A stretch of 64,000 bases of DNA from Squalus acanthias (Eukaryota): the NCBI GenBank assembly GCA_030390025.1, contig CM059433.1, positions 6,200,001-6,264,000 of the forward strand, written 5' to 3'. Under the pieces are notes generated by a model. That model was not told the origin of the DNA, made no database searches, and saw nothing but the letters and a program-made list of their open reading frames with translations. A program made the position numbers and the translations under genes. Every line of letters starts with the position of its first letter. Positions within the stretch are counted from its first letter, which is position 1. Below, in pieces: positions 51,437-63,391 of the stretch.

Positions 51437-51768
51437 TCCGGACTCGAGTCGTCGTTAGCTTGTTCACAGATGTGATTCCCAGTAAAAAAGTAAAAAATTT
51501 TCCCAGTAAAAAAGTAAAAAAATGTTAAAGCTTTTCGTTTTACATACAGACGGCAGCTTTTGACACGTTAGAACCCCTGCGACTACACCTCATTGTCTCA
51601 GTTGTATCTTGCTATGTCTTTGATGTGGTACCTTCCTGGCTGACTTAATTAACTTTATCACACCTCGGCAGATAGTCAGGATGATTTAATTTATTGGTCT
51701 GCAATTGTAAAGTACACATGCTTTGTTTTCCACCTATATATGCTTTGGAGATTCTGTATCTAATTTAC

Positions 51769-51812
51769 TTCACCTGAGGAAGGAGCAAATCGATAGCTCC
51801 GAAAGCTTGTGA
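51769..51812 (+). ncRNA. Minimal type-I hammerhead ribozyme motif
   Basis: TTCAC-CTGAGGA-A-GGAGC-loop-GCTCC-GAAA-GC-TT-GTGA. Confidence 0.8.
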
Positions 51813-52844
51813 TTTCAAATAAAACTGTTGGACTATAACCTGGTGTTGTGCGACCTCTCAATTTCATCCACAATAAACTCATGGATGCCAAGGGCCTTGT
51901 TCACAAGTGAGCATACATTTTGGAAGGAGATATATAAATACAAGTTGTTGTTGTTGAGATGAGGAGAGGGGTGGCGATAGCCGATCCACTGGCAGAGTTT
52001 AATGAGTCAACGCAGGGAGTGGTGAGTAGGACAAGGAGAAGGTTGGCAAGATTTGCCCCCGGCAGGCATGCTGGGCGGGAAGGTTGGGGAGAGAGTAGGA
52101 TGGGACAGTTGAGGTTGCTGCTCATTAGGAGGTAGCGACGAGTGCCTCGGTGAGCCCTTCAGAGGATGCCAAGAGAGGCACAGAGGGAAGCTGTAGGATT
52201 ATTTGAGAGAGTCATGCCTGGGACAGTGGCAGGAGAGTAGGAAAGACGACGAGTGTCAAAGGATTGGGGTTTGTGAGGGTAGAGTACCCGAGGGTGGAGA
52301 AACAAACGGAGGCATGACGGCAGGAAGGGTAAAGAGAAGAAGAAAAGGGGAAATGGAAGTGATGAGCTCAGGTCTGGAGTGGCAGCCAAAATGGACACTG
52401 GGAAACTAAGCTACACAGGCGTGGTTACATGCAAGATCAAGATAGCTATGTTCTGAAATACACTGGGCGTAGGGAGGAGACAGCACGCGGGAAAACTAGA
52501 GGTAAAGTCAGAGGCCTGATAAAGTTGATGTAGGTTGGGTGCAATCAGCGACTAACTGATGTCCAGGTGCCGAGACAAACTAATGAGACCAGAGGCTATT
52601 TGATGTATATATTTCCATGAATTTAAATATTTCCTGTGGCCATATTGAAACAGCTGTTGCTGGTGCCTAGAGCTCCATTTGAAGAAGTGATTAGTAACAC
52701 ACCAGACAGCCACTGGTGCCTCTGGCAATCACTGCTGATAAATCTAAAAGTCACAACAACAAAGTGCCACTCCGGCCGCCATTGCTCCAACCGTCATATT
52801 GAGAATCAAGAATTGTTTTAGTGAAACAAGTTTGATAATTTCCT

Positions 52845-53582
52845 ACAGAAGCAAAATACTGCAGATGCTGTAAATCTGAAATGAAAACCGAAAATGCTAA
52901 AAATACTCAGCGGGTCAGGCAGCATCAAAGTTAACGTTGCAAGTTGATGACCTTTCATCAGAACTGGAAAAAGTTATAGAGGTAACCGGTTTTAAGCAAG
53001 TACAGGGGCCAGGGGGAGGGGAGAGGAAGGCAGGTGAGATTAAATGACAAAAGGGATGATGGTGCAAGGCGAAAAGAGATGGTAATGGGACAAGTAAAGA
53101 AACAATAGATGGGTCTAGAAGAGGTGTAAATGGGAATAGCAGAATCATTATCAACAGCTGCTGTCCGAAAAAATGGGGTCAGTGTTTATTATCTGAAATT
53201 GTTAAACTCAATGATGAGTCCGGAAGACTGTAAATGCCTAATCGAAAGATGAGGTGCTGTTCCTCAATCTTCCATTGAGCTTCATTAGAACAGTGTCGGA
53301 GGTAGAGGTGGGAGTGCAAGCGCAGGAGATGCAACACCTGCCCTTTTACCTCCTCCCTTCCCACTGTCCAGGGCCCCAAACACTCCTTCCAGGTGAAACA
53401 GCGATTTACTTATACTTCATGCAATTTAGTATACTGTATTCGCTGCTCACGATGCGGTCTCCTCTACATTGGGGAGACCAAACGCAGATTGGGTGACCGC
53501 TTTGCGGAACACCTCCGTTTAGTCCGCAAGTGTGATCCCGAGCTTCCGGTTGCCTGTCATATTTTAATTCTCCACCCCACTT
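52845..53582. mobile_element. Second Penelope family, internally inverted (3' end on -, GIY-YIG segment 53310-53582 on +)
   Basis: NLVYCIRCSRCGLLYIGETKRRLGDRFAEH on +; EEQHLIFRLG on -; degenerate hammerhead at 52929-52965. Confidence 0.88.
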
Positions 53583-56294
53583 ACTAATCACTTCTTCATG
53601 TGGAAGTCTAGGCACCAGAGCTTCACACAAATTGAAGGAGGATGGCATGGTAGATGTTGTCAAAAGAGAATAAGGAGCCTTGGACATAGTCACACAGAAT
53701 GCAGTTTATGACTTTAGCCAGGGCAGTCTCAGTGTTGATGAAAATGAATTCATTATCGGTCGTGATGTTAGTGTAGACCAATAGTCAGGAAATGAACAGA
53801 AAAAAGGAGTATTGTTTTTCATTTATACAAGACAGGTGATATGTTTATTTCATAATGACGAGCATATTGTACAATGTATAATTTTTCAGCCACCTAAACC
53901 ATCATTACCCAATTGCTAGTTTTGTTTAAGTTGCCCAGTCTCTTTAAGATCATAAAGTTTAATTTGTGTCAGAAAGCAGCCTGAGGTCAATCCGAGTTTA
54001 ATCATTGTTTGTTGAGGGAAGGTTGTAGATTGTAACATTCTTGTCACTGAAATGTGACAGGCTCTCTCGAAGCTTTTATATAAGGCAAGTGAATAAATAC
54101 ATAACAGCTGTTAAAGTGTAGCCTCACCGGTGAATCATATTCTATCAGCAACATTGGATATAGCAGGGGCCAATCAAATGTGAGGTTCAGTTCGTGTTGG
54201 TTGTTTTCTGAAGCCATTCCAGCCTTGGTTTCCATTTCCCCATAGGATAGTAGCACTCAGCTGCTGCCCTCAACTCCTAGCCTCTAATACAAGTTTCCTG
54301 GCCTCGGCGACATGGCAACAAAGGAGCAGCTTATTGTTGGCCTCCCCTCTTGCTCCAACCTGAGCACTAGTCCCACTCTCTTTCACAGGCCCAGACTTTG
54401 TTCCCTGATTCCTCCTCAGTGGTGTCCCAGTACCAGTTGAAGCTATGATTTGGGATTCACTACAACAGTTGGACAATTGGCCCAGGGTAGAAATGTACTG
54501 TAGCCAGCACTTTAAAAAAGGCAAAAGATACCAAACTGAGTAAGTCGGTAAAGAAACGTACGAGAGCCAAACAGAGAAAGCGAGGAAAAAATAGAAGCCA
54601 TACATAAAAACAGAGAGGGAGGTGGAAAGAATTACAGCATGGGAGAGAAGCAGAGAGAGAGATATATTTATTTTTAACTTGTCTGTGGAAAAACATCAAG
54701 AGAAGTCAACTAGCTATTTTTAGAAAAAAAAATATTGGCTGCCCATTATACGCCCAGCCAATCCGCTACCACCCAGTTTACACTGCCCCAAAGTTGGAAG
54801 TTCCAGCCATAGAGTGAAATGAGGCCATTATTAAGAAACATTTTAATGGTTTTATTTAGTCTGGTCTAAAAGTGAAGTTGCAATATATAAACTGCTGAAA
54901 TGTGCCATTCTTAACTCACTGGCCTCATTCTAATCTCCAGCTAGAACAGGGGGGGAAAAAACAACAAAAGTCAAGAGAGAGGCGAATGAAAAGAGGTGGA
55001 AAATCGAGACAGAAACACTGAAGTTGAAACATTAAAGGAGAAACAAGTAAGAAACAAGACACTAGTGGCTGAGCAAAGCTCTCGTGTACTGTACAGGATG
55101 TACATGTACCCACTTCTAAATTGGCCACTCCAGTGCTATGCATTGCATACATGAGAGCTTTTATGCAATAAGAACACATTCTAGATGTACCTTAGATGAG
55201 CTATTTGAGAATGCAGTACCAATTTCACACATGAAAAAATACAATTCTCCTAAAGCTATTCAAAAATATTGTAAATTCAGCAATGTTCCATGCAATTACA
55301 TTTACTGTACTTTATATGGTGTTCTATATTGTAGATAGTTGACCGTGAGTTAAAAGGCAGTAATTTAATTGAATAGTTCTAATAAAATAATGCTCAAGTA
55401 ACAACTACTTGAAGAACAAAATAGCAAAAATTCTGCTTTAATTTTTTGTCACATTCATATAGTACAACCACCTACAGCTCTGGGCACTACCATAGGGTAG
55501 TTCAGCTCCTCTCACTCCTGATTCTCTTGTACTTTCCTTTTGTATCAAAAGCTAACACATGGCCAAAAGTAAGGGGTCCGTATAATTAAGCGACTTTACT
55601 AAATAATAAATACCTTCTTTGAGCTTCATAGTCATTTCTAATTCATGGTGAATTAATGCAATCCTTTCCCTCAATCTGCGAGTGAAGAGGGTGACCCACC
55701 ACCACAAGAGGTCAGTTAAAAACTTGTAATCCAGCTGCTATTCCCTAGGCAGTCTGCAGAGAGAATTCACAAATGAGCTCTGCTCAATGGAATGCAAATC
55801 CCCTTTGAATCCCAAATAGCATAACTAACAAGTGGCAGAAGCAGCCATGATATATAAATATATATATTTAAATCATGGGCCTGAAATGAATAGAATGTGG
55901 ATTCAGTGTAACCACTGAGAGAACAGAACGATCCCACATTCCTTATCAATCATGGGAACATAATTTTCTTTAGCAGCAACAGTGTGGCTTGCTTATTAGA
56001 GGCTGCTAATGTGCTATTGTTGAAAAGAAGGGGAGATTGGGAACTGAAGAGAGGCACTAACCCGATAACTGTATAGAGTATTGGAAGCCATAAAGACTGG
56101 ACAATTAAACTATTCCAAGAGGGAAAATTAAACTTTCTTGGTTGGAAATAAGATTGGGCATTGGGCATTCCTACATTACAACAGTGACTATGTATTTCTT
56201 TGGCAGGTCCTGAAAGGCGTTATATAAATGCAAGTCTTTTTTATCACTGAACAACTTGCTTCTGAAAAGGGTAGGATCATTCTCATGGATCATG

Positions 56295-57270
56295 CAACAA
56301 CAACAACTTGTATTTATATAGCGCCTTTAATGTAGTACAACGTCCCAAGGCGCTTCACAGGAGCGTTATCAAACAAAATTTGACACCGAACCACATAAGG
56401 AGATACGAGGACAGATGACCAAAAGCTTGGTCAAAGAGGTAGGTTTTAAGGAGCGTCTTAAAGGAGAAGAGAGGTAGAGAGGTTTAGGGAGGGAATTCCA
56501 GAGCTTAGGACCTTGGCAGCTGAATGCACGGCTGCCAATGGTGGAGGGATTAAAATCGGGGATGCTAAAGAGGCCAGGATTGGAGAGATAGAGAGGGGTT
56601 GTAGGGATGGAGGAGGTTACAGAGTTAGGGAGGGGCAAGGCCATGGAGGGATTTGAAAACAAGGATAAGAATTTTAAAATGGAGGCGTTGCCGAACCGGG
56701 AGCCAATGTAGGTCAGCGAGCACAGGGCTAATGGGTGAATGGGACTTGGTGCAAGTTAGGAAATTGGCAGCCGAGATTTGAATGAGCTCAAGTTTATATA
56801 GGGTGGAAGATGGGAGGCCGGCCAAGACAGCAGAGGAATAGTCAAGTCTAGAGGTAACAAAGACATGGATGAGGGTTTCAGCAGCAGATGAGCTGAGGCA
56901 GGGGCGGAGTCGAGCGATGGAGTTGGAAGTTGGCGATCTTGATGATGGAGTGGATATGTGTTTGGAATCTCATCGCGGGGTCAAATATGACACCAAGGTT
57001 GTGAACCGACTGGTTCAGCCTCAAACAGTTGCCAGGGAGAGGGATGGAGTTGGTGACTAGGGAACGGAGTTTGTGGCGGGAACTAAAGACAATGGCTTTG
57101 GTCTTCCCCATATTTAGTTGGAGGAAATTTCTGTTGCACAAGCAGTGTGACAATCAGAGCAGCGGAGGGGGCGAGAGAGGTGGTGGTAAGATAGAGCTGA
57201 GTGTCCTCAGCGTACATGCGGAACCTGACGTGTTTTCAGATGATGTCGCTGAGGGACTGCATGTAGATGA
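56295..57270 (-). mobile_element. L2 LINE 3' fragment (RT C-terminus to tail)
   Basis: MYAEDTQLY, NFLQLNMGKT, LHWLPVRQRLHFKIL motifs; (TTG)n tail. Confidence 0.9.
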
Positions 57271-57496
57271 GATGTCTGTATCGTAATGCATAGCATATCA
57301 CAACTATATGGGACAAGATAGATGGTCCAGTGGGTCTTTTCCCATCTGTCATCTTTGTATGTTCGACATCTGACAGTAATTGAAATCACAATTCCATCTG
57401 AGTTGTTGAAAGTTAAACAGTAAATGAACTCTTAAAGAAAGCATAATTTGATCAGCTTTGGGAACAAAAGCTAGTGGGCTTTGGCGCAGATTCACT

Positions 57497-57665
57497 GGAG
57501 GTAATGTTGACTTTGGGCGATAGTGTAAAACGGCCAATATCAGTTTGGACACTCGTTGTACATCAATGGAAGTCAATGTAAATAAAAATCAGGAGAAATG
57601 TAAAACAGGCAGATGATCCCATATCACCCGTTTTACATTTCCGTCCAAAGCCAAAATTATCCCCA
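57497..57665. mobile_element. Short palindromic MITE
   Basis: Same family as 30660-30784. Confidence 0.7.
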
Positions 57666-58342
57666 CTATCTGCAGTTGCTAAAACACAAGAAACCACCTG
57701 GAATTAAATATTAATCCAACAAATTGTTACAGTTTGAACTTCCTGTCTTGGGTTCATGGTAAAAAGACATTTTGATGAGCAGTCCAAGCCACCTACAATC
57801 TGAAACCTGCACCTTTGCACATTCCGTGTGTAGACTACCGATCCCAACATTAATTATTACCCTTAATTATGGTGTATAGTACACCAGTGATTACATGGAA
57901 TGCCCATCATATTTGCCTATTTCCTTTGGCAGGGGAAAATGCTAAGTGTCAGACCACTCCTACCTGTCAGGCTAAAACTTGTAGATTTCATTACAGGTTG
58001 AACATTAAAAGTTGAGACAAAAGACCCAAAATGCAGTAATAAAAGGGTTGAAGCAATGTAAAACAACAGCTGAAAACTACCTGTCAGACCACAAATGTGC
58101 AATCAAATATCGAGCTGACCCATAATAAATATCCACAGTCATGCCAGATATTATCTATCACTGCAGCAGTCCAAGTAAAACAATCTTTAATGTGCCATTG
58201 ATTGATAGAGCCTTTACTATCATGTGAGGTCAGAGATCGCAAAATGGAAAACCTTCATTCGTTGACCTTGAAGTGCAGCAATGTCAAAGTATGTCAACGA
58301 GTGGTTGATTTGGAGAAATGATTGGCATATCAATCCTGAGAT

Positions 58343-58888
58343 GTTCCAAAGGCTACCACTCACTTAATGTGCAGTTGTTGTGCGACCACGCCCAGCGCAT
58401 CATGATGGTCAATGCCCGCTATCCTGGCAGCAGTCATGATGCCTTCATCCTGCGTCAGTTCAGTGTGCCAGCAATCTTCCAGCCACCACGTCAAACCCGG
58501 GGGTGGCTGCTCGGAGACAAGGGCTATTCACTCTACACCTGGCTGATGACTCCCCTCCGCAACTCCACTACTCCTGCCCAGCACTCATATAATGACAGCC
58601 ATGCTGCCACCAGGAACATCATTGAGCAGACCATCGGGCTGCTGAAGCAATGGTTCCGCTGCCTTGACTGCTCGGGAGGAGCGGGTGTCTCATTTCGTGG
58701 TGGTCTGTTGCATTCTTCACAACTTGGCCATCATGAGGGCGCAGCCCTTGCCACCAGGGATTGCGGGACCACCTCAGGAGGAGGAGGAGAAGAAGGAGGA
58801 GGATGAGAAGGAATAGAGGAGGCAGGCTGCAGATCCCTGTTCTGGACGGGCTGTCTGTGAAGGCTTCATCAGACTCCGATTCCAGTGA
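58343..58888 (+). pseudogene. HARBI1-like DDE transposase, C-terminal half
   Basis: KGYHSLNVQ, YPGSSHDAFIL, LLGDKGY, RNIIEQTIGLLKQWFRCL and CCILHN motifs; frameshift near 58680. Confidence 0.92.
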
Positions 58889-59031
58889 ATGAAACCCCAG
58901 ATCCCCGTTGCTCACCACACCCCCATCGTACCATTCCTCTGTCACGGAACATCGCTGCGTCCTCCTGGGCACAAAGCTGAAATGAGAGCCACCACAAAAC
59001 AAATATTCCAAACAAAATTAATAAACTTATC

Positions 59032-59165
59032 CAAAAGCAAAACACTGCGGATGCTGGAAATCTGAAATAAAAACAGAAAATGCTGGAAATAGTCAGCAGG
59101 CCAGGCAGCATCTGTGGAGAGAGAAACAGAGTTAACGTTTCAGGTCGATGACCTTTCGTCAGAAC
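59032..59165 (-). mobile_element. Short Penelope terminus inserted in the Harbinger element
   Basis: Homologous to 52850-52965; possible 9-bp TSD AAACTTATC / AAATTTATC. Confidence 0.8.
59131..59165 (-). ncRNA. Minimal type-I hammerhead ribozyme motif
   Basis: Reverse complement GTT-CTGACGA-A-AGGTC-ATC-GACCT-GAAA-CG-TT-AAC; palindromic AACGTT. Confidence 0.8.
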
Positions 59166-59201
59166 AAATTTATCACTATTCAATCACCATTACAATATAA
59201 A

Positions 59202-61110
59202 CTAATCACCCTTGTGCAATCCTTTAGTGCCTGTCATTCGTGTGCCTTTTCCTACTCTTGTGCTCCTATGCAGTGCTCCCCCAATGGCTGCAGCAGGGCT
59301 GGTGGAAGGCTGCTGAGTTTCCATGGGGGAGACTACAGATGGCCTTGCAGGATGACCTCGACCAGCTGTGGACCTAGAAGACCCGGCTGCAGACTGTACC
59401 ATCTCGGCATAGGCGGCAACAGTCTGGGCTGGCTGGCTGACAGGGCAGCGGCAAGGGGCAATGGCGGAGTGGCAGTGATGGGAGTAGGAATGCTGTCATC
59501 CTGAGAGAGGACAGCAGGTTCCTGCTCCACAGACCCACTGCCACTCCCCCGGAGCGGCGCCTCAGCATTCCTAGCAATCTGCTGGAGGACAGATTGCAGG
59601 GACTACTGCAACACCCTGCAAGCCCCTTTCGAGACTCGTACACCCAGCCACGATGGCAGTAGTCTGAGCTTGGGTGGCAGGAAGCTGAGACTGCATGAGA
59701 GCAGTCTGCACTTCTACTACACTGAGACGTTGGGTCGCTTCCGCCTGTGCTGCAATGGAAGCGGTGACATCGTCCATCACACGCAGCATCATGCCTGGGT
59801 TGACGAGCTCCCTCCTGGAGGTGTCCATCATTTCCAGCCTGGAAATCATGGGCTCCAAGCTCTGCGCAAAGCCCCATCCATTGTTGGAGCTGGACTCCTC
59901 CATATTCGTTGACATTGACAAGAGGCTCTCTGGCAGGCTTGCCATTGCACCTAGAATTTCGGTATGCATGGCCATCACCCGTCTTCTGAAGGCCGCAACA
60001 TCAAGGTCCTCATCTGAGTCTTGTGCGCAACTCGCCCACCGGGGAACTCGCTCCCGAGCTACCCCTTCCCCTGGCCTTGCCGCAGCCCACTTGTGCCCAG
60101 TGCCTCACCATGTGCAGCTGCCTCTATACTACCCTCTACATTGTGTGCAGTGCCAGTTTCTGAGCTGCTGGCTGCAAGTGTCAGATGCAGTGACGATGTG
60201 TCGTCTTCTCCTTCACTCTCCTGCACAGCATGAGGAACATGCTGGCCTGCTGGCAGTTCTTGGTATGTGAAAGCAGAAAGGCACAAGAGTTAGGTTGTGG
60301 TGAGGGGAGGGGGGGAAAGCAAGATATCCATGGATACACCGTCAGCAGCTTGTAAGTGAGAAGAGATTGTGGAATGAGGGGGAAGTGGGATGTGAGAAGA
60401 AGGATGAAAATGACTATACTGTCATTGTCAGCAAGTGCTTCAACTTCTCCCGGTGACTGCCCCTCCATTGTTGTCGAGCACGGATGTCTCCAGTTGGCTG
60501 AGGGTCTGTACAGTGGCTTGGCCGCTTCCCCTCTGCCGTTGCTCCCGGTGGTTATGAGCCACTTTTGCCAGCAAGAGAAAGGGAAGTGCATCAGTGAGTG
60601 TAGTGCAATGTGTTTGGGTGATGTGCCTGCCATAGTTGAATAGCTGTCCGTGTGTGCAAAGTGTGAGATGTAAGTGTGAATGTTTGCAGCAGTGTTAAGG
60701 TTGTGAGGGTGAAGTGAAGCCATGATTGTGAGGTGTGAGTGGTGATAGCTGGAGATTGCTGGTAGGTGAGTCATGAGGGTGTGGTGCATTGAGCGGTGTG
60801 TGAGGCTTGTGGTGCAGATGGTGGGATATGGCATTTGCTGAAGCCTTCACTCACCTTGACCTGCCGTGTGAGGTCATTAAACATCTTTCGGCGCTGGATC
60901 TATGTCCTTGGCACGACACTAGTGGCCATGACGTAGGTAGCTATCTCCTGCCGATGCCTTCTACTGATGGCCTTCAATGGCTTCCTGCCACCCTGCCAGT
61001 ACAGAACATCCCGCCTTCTTTCAACTGCCTATACCAAAGCCTCGAGTGCAGCATTTGAAAACCTTCTTGCGCTCTCTCTCTCTCTCTCTCTCTCTGGGTT
61101 GTTGAGCCAT
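59202..61110 (-). pseudogene. Harbinger Myb/SANT-like gene, 3 exons (61110-60855, ~60568-60420, ~60265-59202)
   Basis: RFSNAALEALV*AVERRRDVL...RKMFNDLTRQVK | AKVAHNHREQ...; C-terminus homologous to 39890-40740. Confidence 0.85.
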
Positions 61111-61409
61111 GGCTTTGTTTAGATTGACAATGAGGTGCTGCTGCAACAATGCACCTCCCATTTAAGTAGTGGAGAGAGCTTAGATCAAACTTTACTGGTT
61201 ATCAGACTGCACCCGATATTGGCCCACCTGTTGAGCGCTAAGCCAATCAGCAGCGCGCTTAGTGCTGAGATCAGCACTGCAATCATTGTAATGCGCAGGC
61301 AACACGAATTTTGCGTGCTGCCTGGACTACTTTCAACAGGCGCAGGCAAATAGCTGCTGGCCCTTGACACCGCCCGTTTTCAGGCCTTATCCAATTTCTA
61401 GGCCATAGA

Positions 61410-62686
61410 CATTAAAATGAAACAGAAAAAGGAGGCTTATGATAAATGACAGGTTCATAATTCAGTAGAGAACCAAGCTGAACACAAAAAGTACAGAGGA
61501 GAACTGAAAAAGGAAATGAGGGGCAAAGAGAGTGTATGGACAATAGGTAAGTGGGTAACATAATAGGGAACCCAAAAGTTTTTATATAAAAATATAAATA
61601 GTAAAAGGGTAGTCAAAGGAAGGGAGGGGCTGATTCAGACCAAAAAATATCTTATTGTGGGGCAGAGGGCATGGCTGTGGTACTAAATGAGCAATTTGCA
61701 TCTGACTTCACTACAGAAAATTAGGGCTCATGGGATGGGGGGTAATATACTAGCATGGATTGGTTAACGGACAGAAAACCGAGAGTAGGAATAAACGGGT
61801 AATTTTCAGGTTGGCAGGCTGTAACTAGTGGGGTACCGCAAGGATCAGTGCTTGGGCCTCAGCTATTCACAATCTATATCAATGATTTGGATGAGGGGAC
61901 CGAATGTAATATATCCAAGTTTGCTGATGATACAAAGCTGGGTGGGAATATAAGTTGTGAGGAGGATGCAAAGAGGCTTCAGGGGGATATAGACAAGCTA
62001 AGTGAGTGGGCAAGAACATGGCAAATGGAATATAATGTGGAGAAATGAGAAGTTATCCACTTTGGTAGGAAAAATAGAAAAGCAGAGTATTTTTTCAATG
62101 GTGAGAGATTGGGAAATGTTGGTGTTTAGAGGGACCTGGGTGTCCTTGTACACTAATCACTGAAATTTAACATGCAGGTACAGCAAGCAATTAGGAAAGC
62201 AAATGGTATGTTGACCTTTATTACAAGAGGATTTGAGTAGAAGAGTAAAGATGTCTTACTGCAATTATATAGGGCCCTGGTGAGACCACACCTGGAGTAT
62301 TGTGTACAGTTTTGGTCTCCTTACCTAAGGAAGGATATACTTGCCCTAAAGGGAGTGCAACGAAGGTTCACCAGACTGATTCCTGGGATGGAGGGATTGT
62401 CCTATGAGGAGAGATTGAGTAGACTAGGCTTATATTCTCTGGGGTTTAGAAGAATGAGAGGTGATCTCATTGAAACATATAAAATTCTTACAGGGCTTGA
62501 CAGGGTAGATGCAGGGAGGATGTTTTCCCTGGCTGGTGAGTCTAGAACCAGGGGTCACAGTCTCAGAATAAGGGGGTCGGCCATTTAGGACTGAGATGAG
62601 GAGAAATTTCTTCACTCAGAGGGTGGTGAATCTTTGGAATTCTCTACCCCAGAGGGCTGTGGAGGCTCAGCTGTTGAGTATGTTCA
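61410..62686 (+). mobile_element. CR1 LINE fragment with internal deletion
   Basis: GVPQGSVLGP, FADDTKL, RPHLEYCVQFWSP motifs. Confidence 0.92.
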
Positions 62687-62814
62687 AAAGTGAGAAGTCG
62701 CACAACACCAGGTTATAGTCCAACAGTTTTATTTGAAATCACAAGCTTTTGGAGCTGCTGCCCCTTCGTCAGGTGAAGTGACCTGACGAAGGGGCAGCAG
62801 CTCCGAAAGCTTGT
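62687..62814. mobile_element. Penelope-terminus fold-back with two opposed hammerhead motifs
   Basis: Arms 62741-62774 and 62781-62814; homologous to 12838-12930. Confidence 0.85.
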
Positions 62815-63391
62815 TCTTTGATGTAGTAATGGAGAGCGTTGCTGATGTATATATGACTTTCAAAAGTACCATATAGTAGACTTGTTAGCAAAATTGAAAC
62901 CCATGGGATTAAATGGGCAATGGCTGTGTGGATGCGTAATTGGCTAAGGGACAGAAATCAGAGAGTAGTGGTGAATGGTTGTTTTTCAGACTGGAAGGAA
63001 GTGTGCAGTAGTGTGCCCAAGGGGTTGGTGTTGGGACCACTGCTTTTTTTGATATATATTAATGATCTGGACTTGGGTATACAGGGAATAATTTCAAAGT
63101 TCACAGATGACATGAAAGTGAGGAGGATAGTAGCAGACTTCAAGAGAACACAGACCAGGGAAATGGGCAGACACATGGCAGATGAAATTTAACGCAGAGA
63201 AGTGTGAAATGATTCATTTTGGCAGGAAGAATAAGGAGAGGCAATATAAACTAAATGGTACAATTTTAAAGGGGGTGCAGGAACAGAGAGAACTGGGGGT
63301 GTACGTACACAAGTCTTTGAAGGTGGCAGGACAAGTTGAGAAGGCTGTTAAAAAGGCATATGGGATCCTTGGCTTTATTAATAGAGGCACA
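62815..63391 (+). mobile_element. CR1 RT fragment
   Basis: VLGPLLFLIYINDL, KFNAEKCEMIHFG motifs. Confidence 0.88.

Larger units (their letters stand above)
48740..51871 (+). mobile_element. Near full-length Penelope-like retroelement
   Basis: IKPADKGG, PGRPIVS, GTAMG, YIDD and GIY-YIG motifs; 3' UTR with hammerhead. Confidence 0.95.
58340..61405. mobile_element. Left-truncated PIF/Harbinger transposon
   Basis: Transposase on + convergent with a Myb/SANT gene on -; TIR-like right end CCAATTTCTAGGCCA followed by TAG. Confidence 0.88.

Noticed and set aside
54044..54699. Short minus-strand ORFs as host exons
   Set aside because: No recognisable domain or consistent splice structure
58318..58888. 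Domesticated host HARBI1 gene
   Set aside because: Truncated and frameshifted, and paired with a decayed Myb gene inside a transposon
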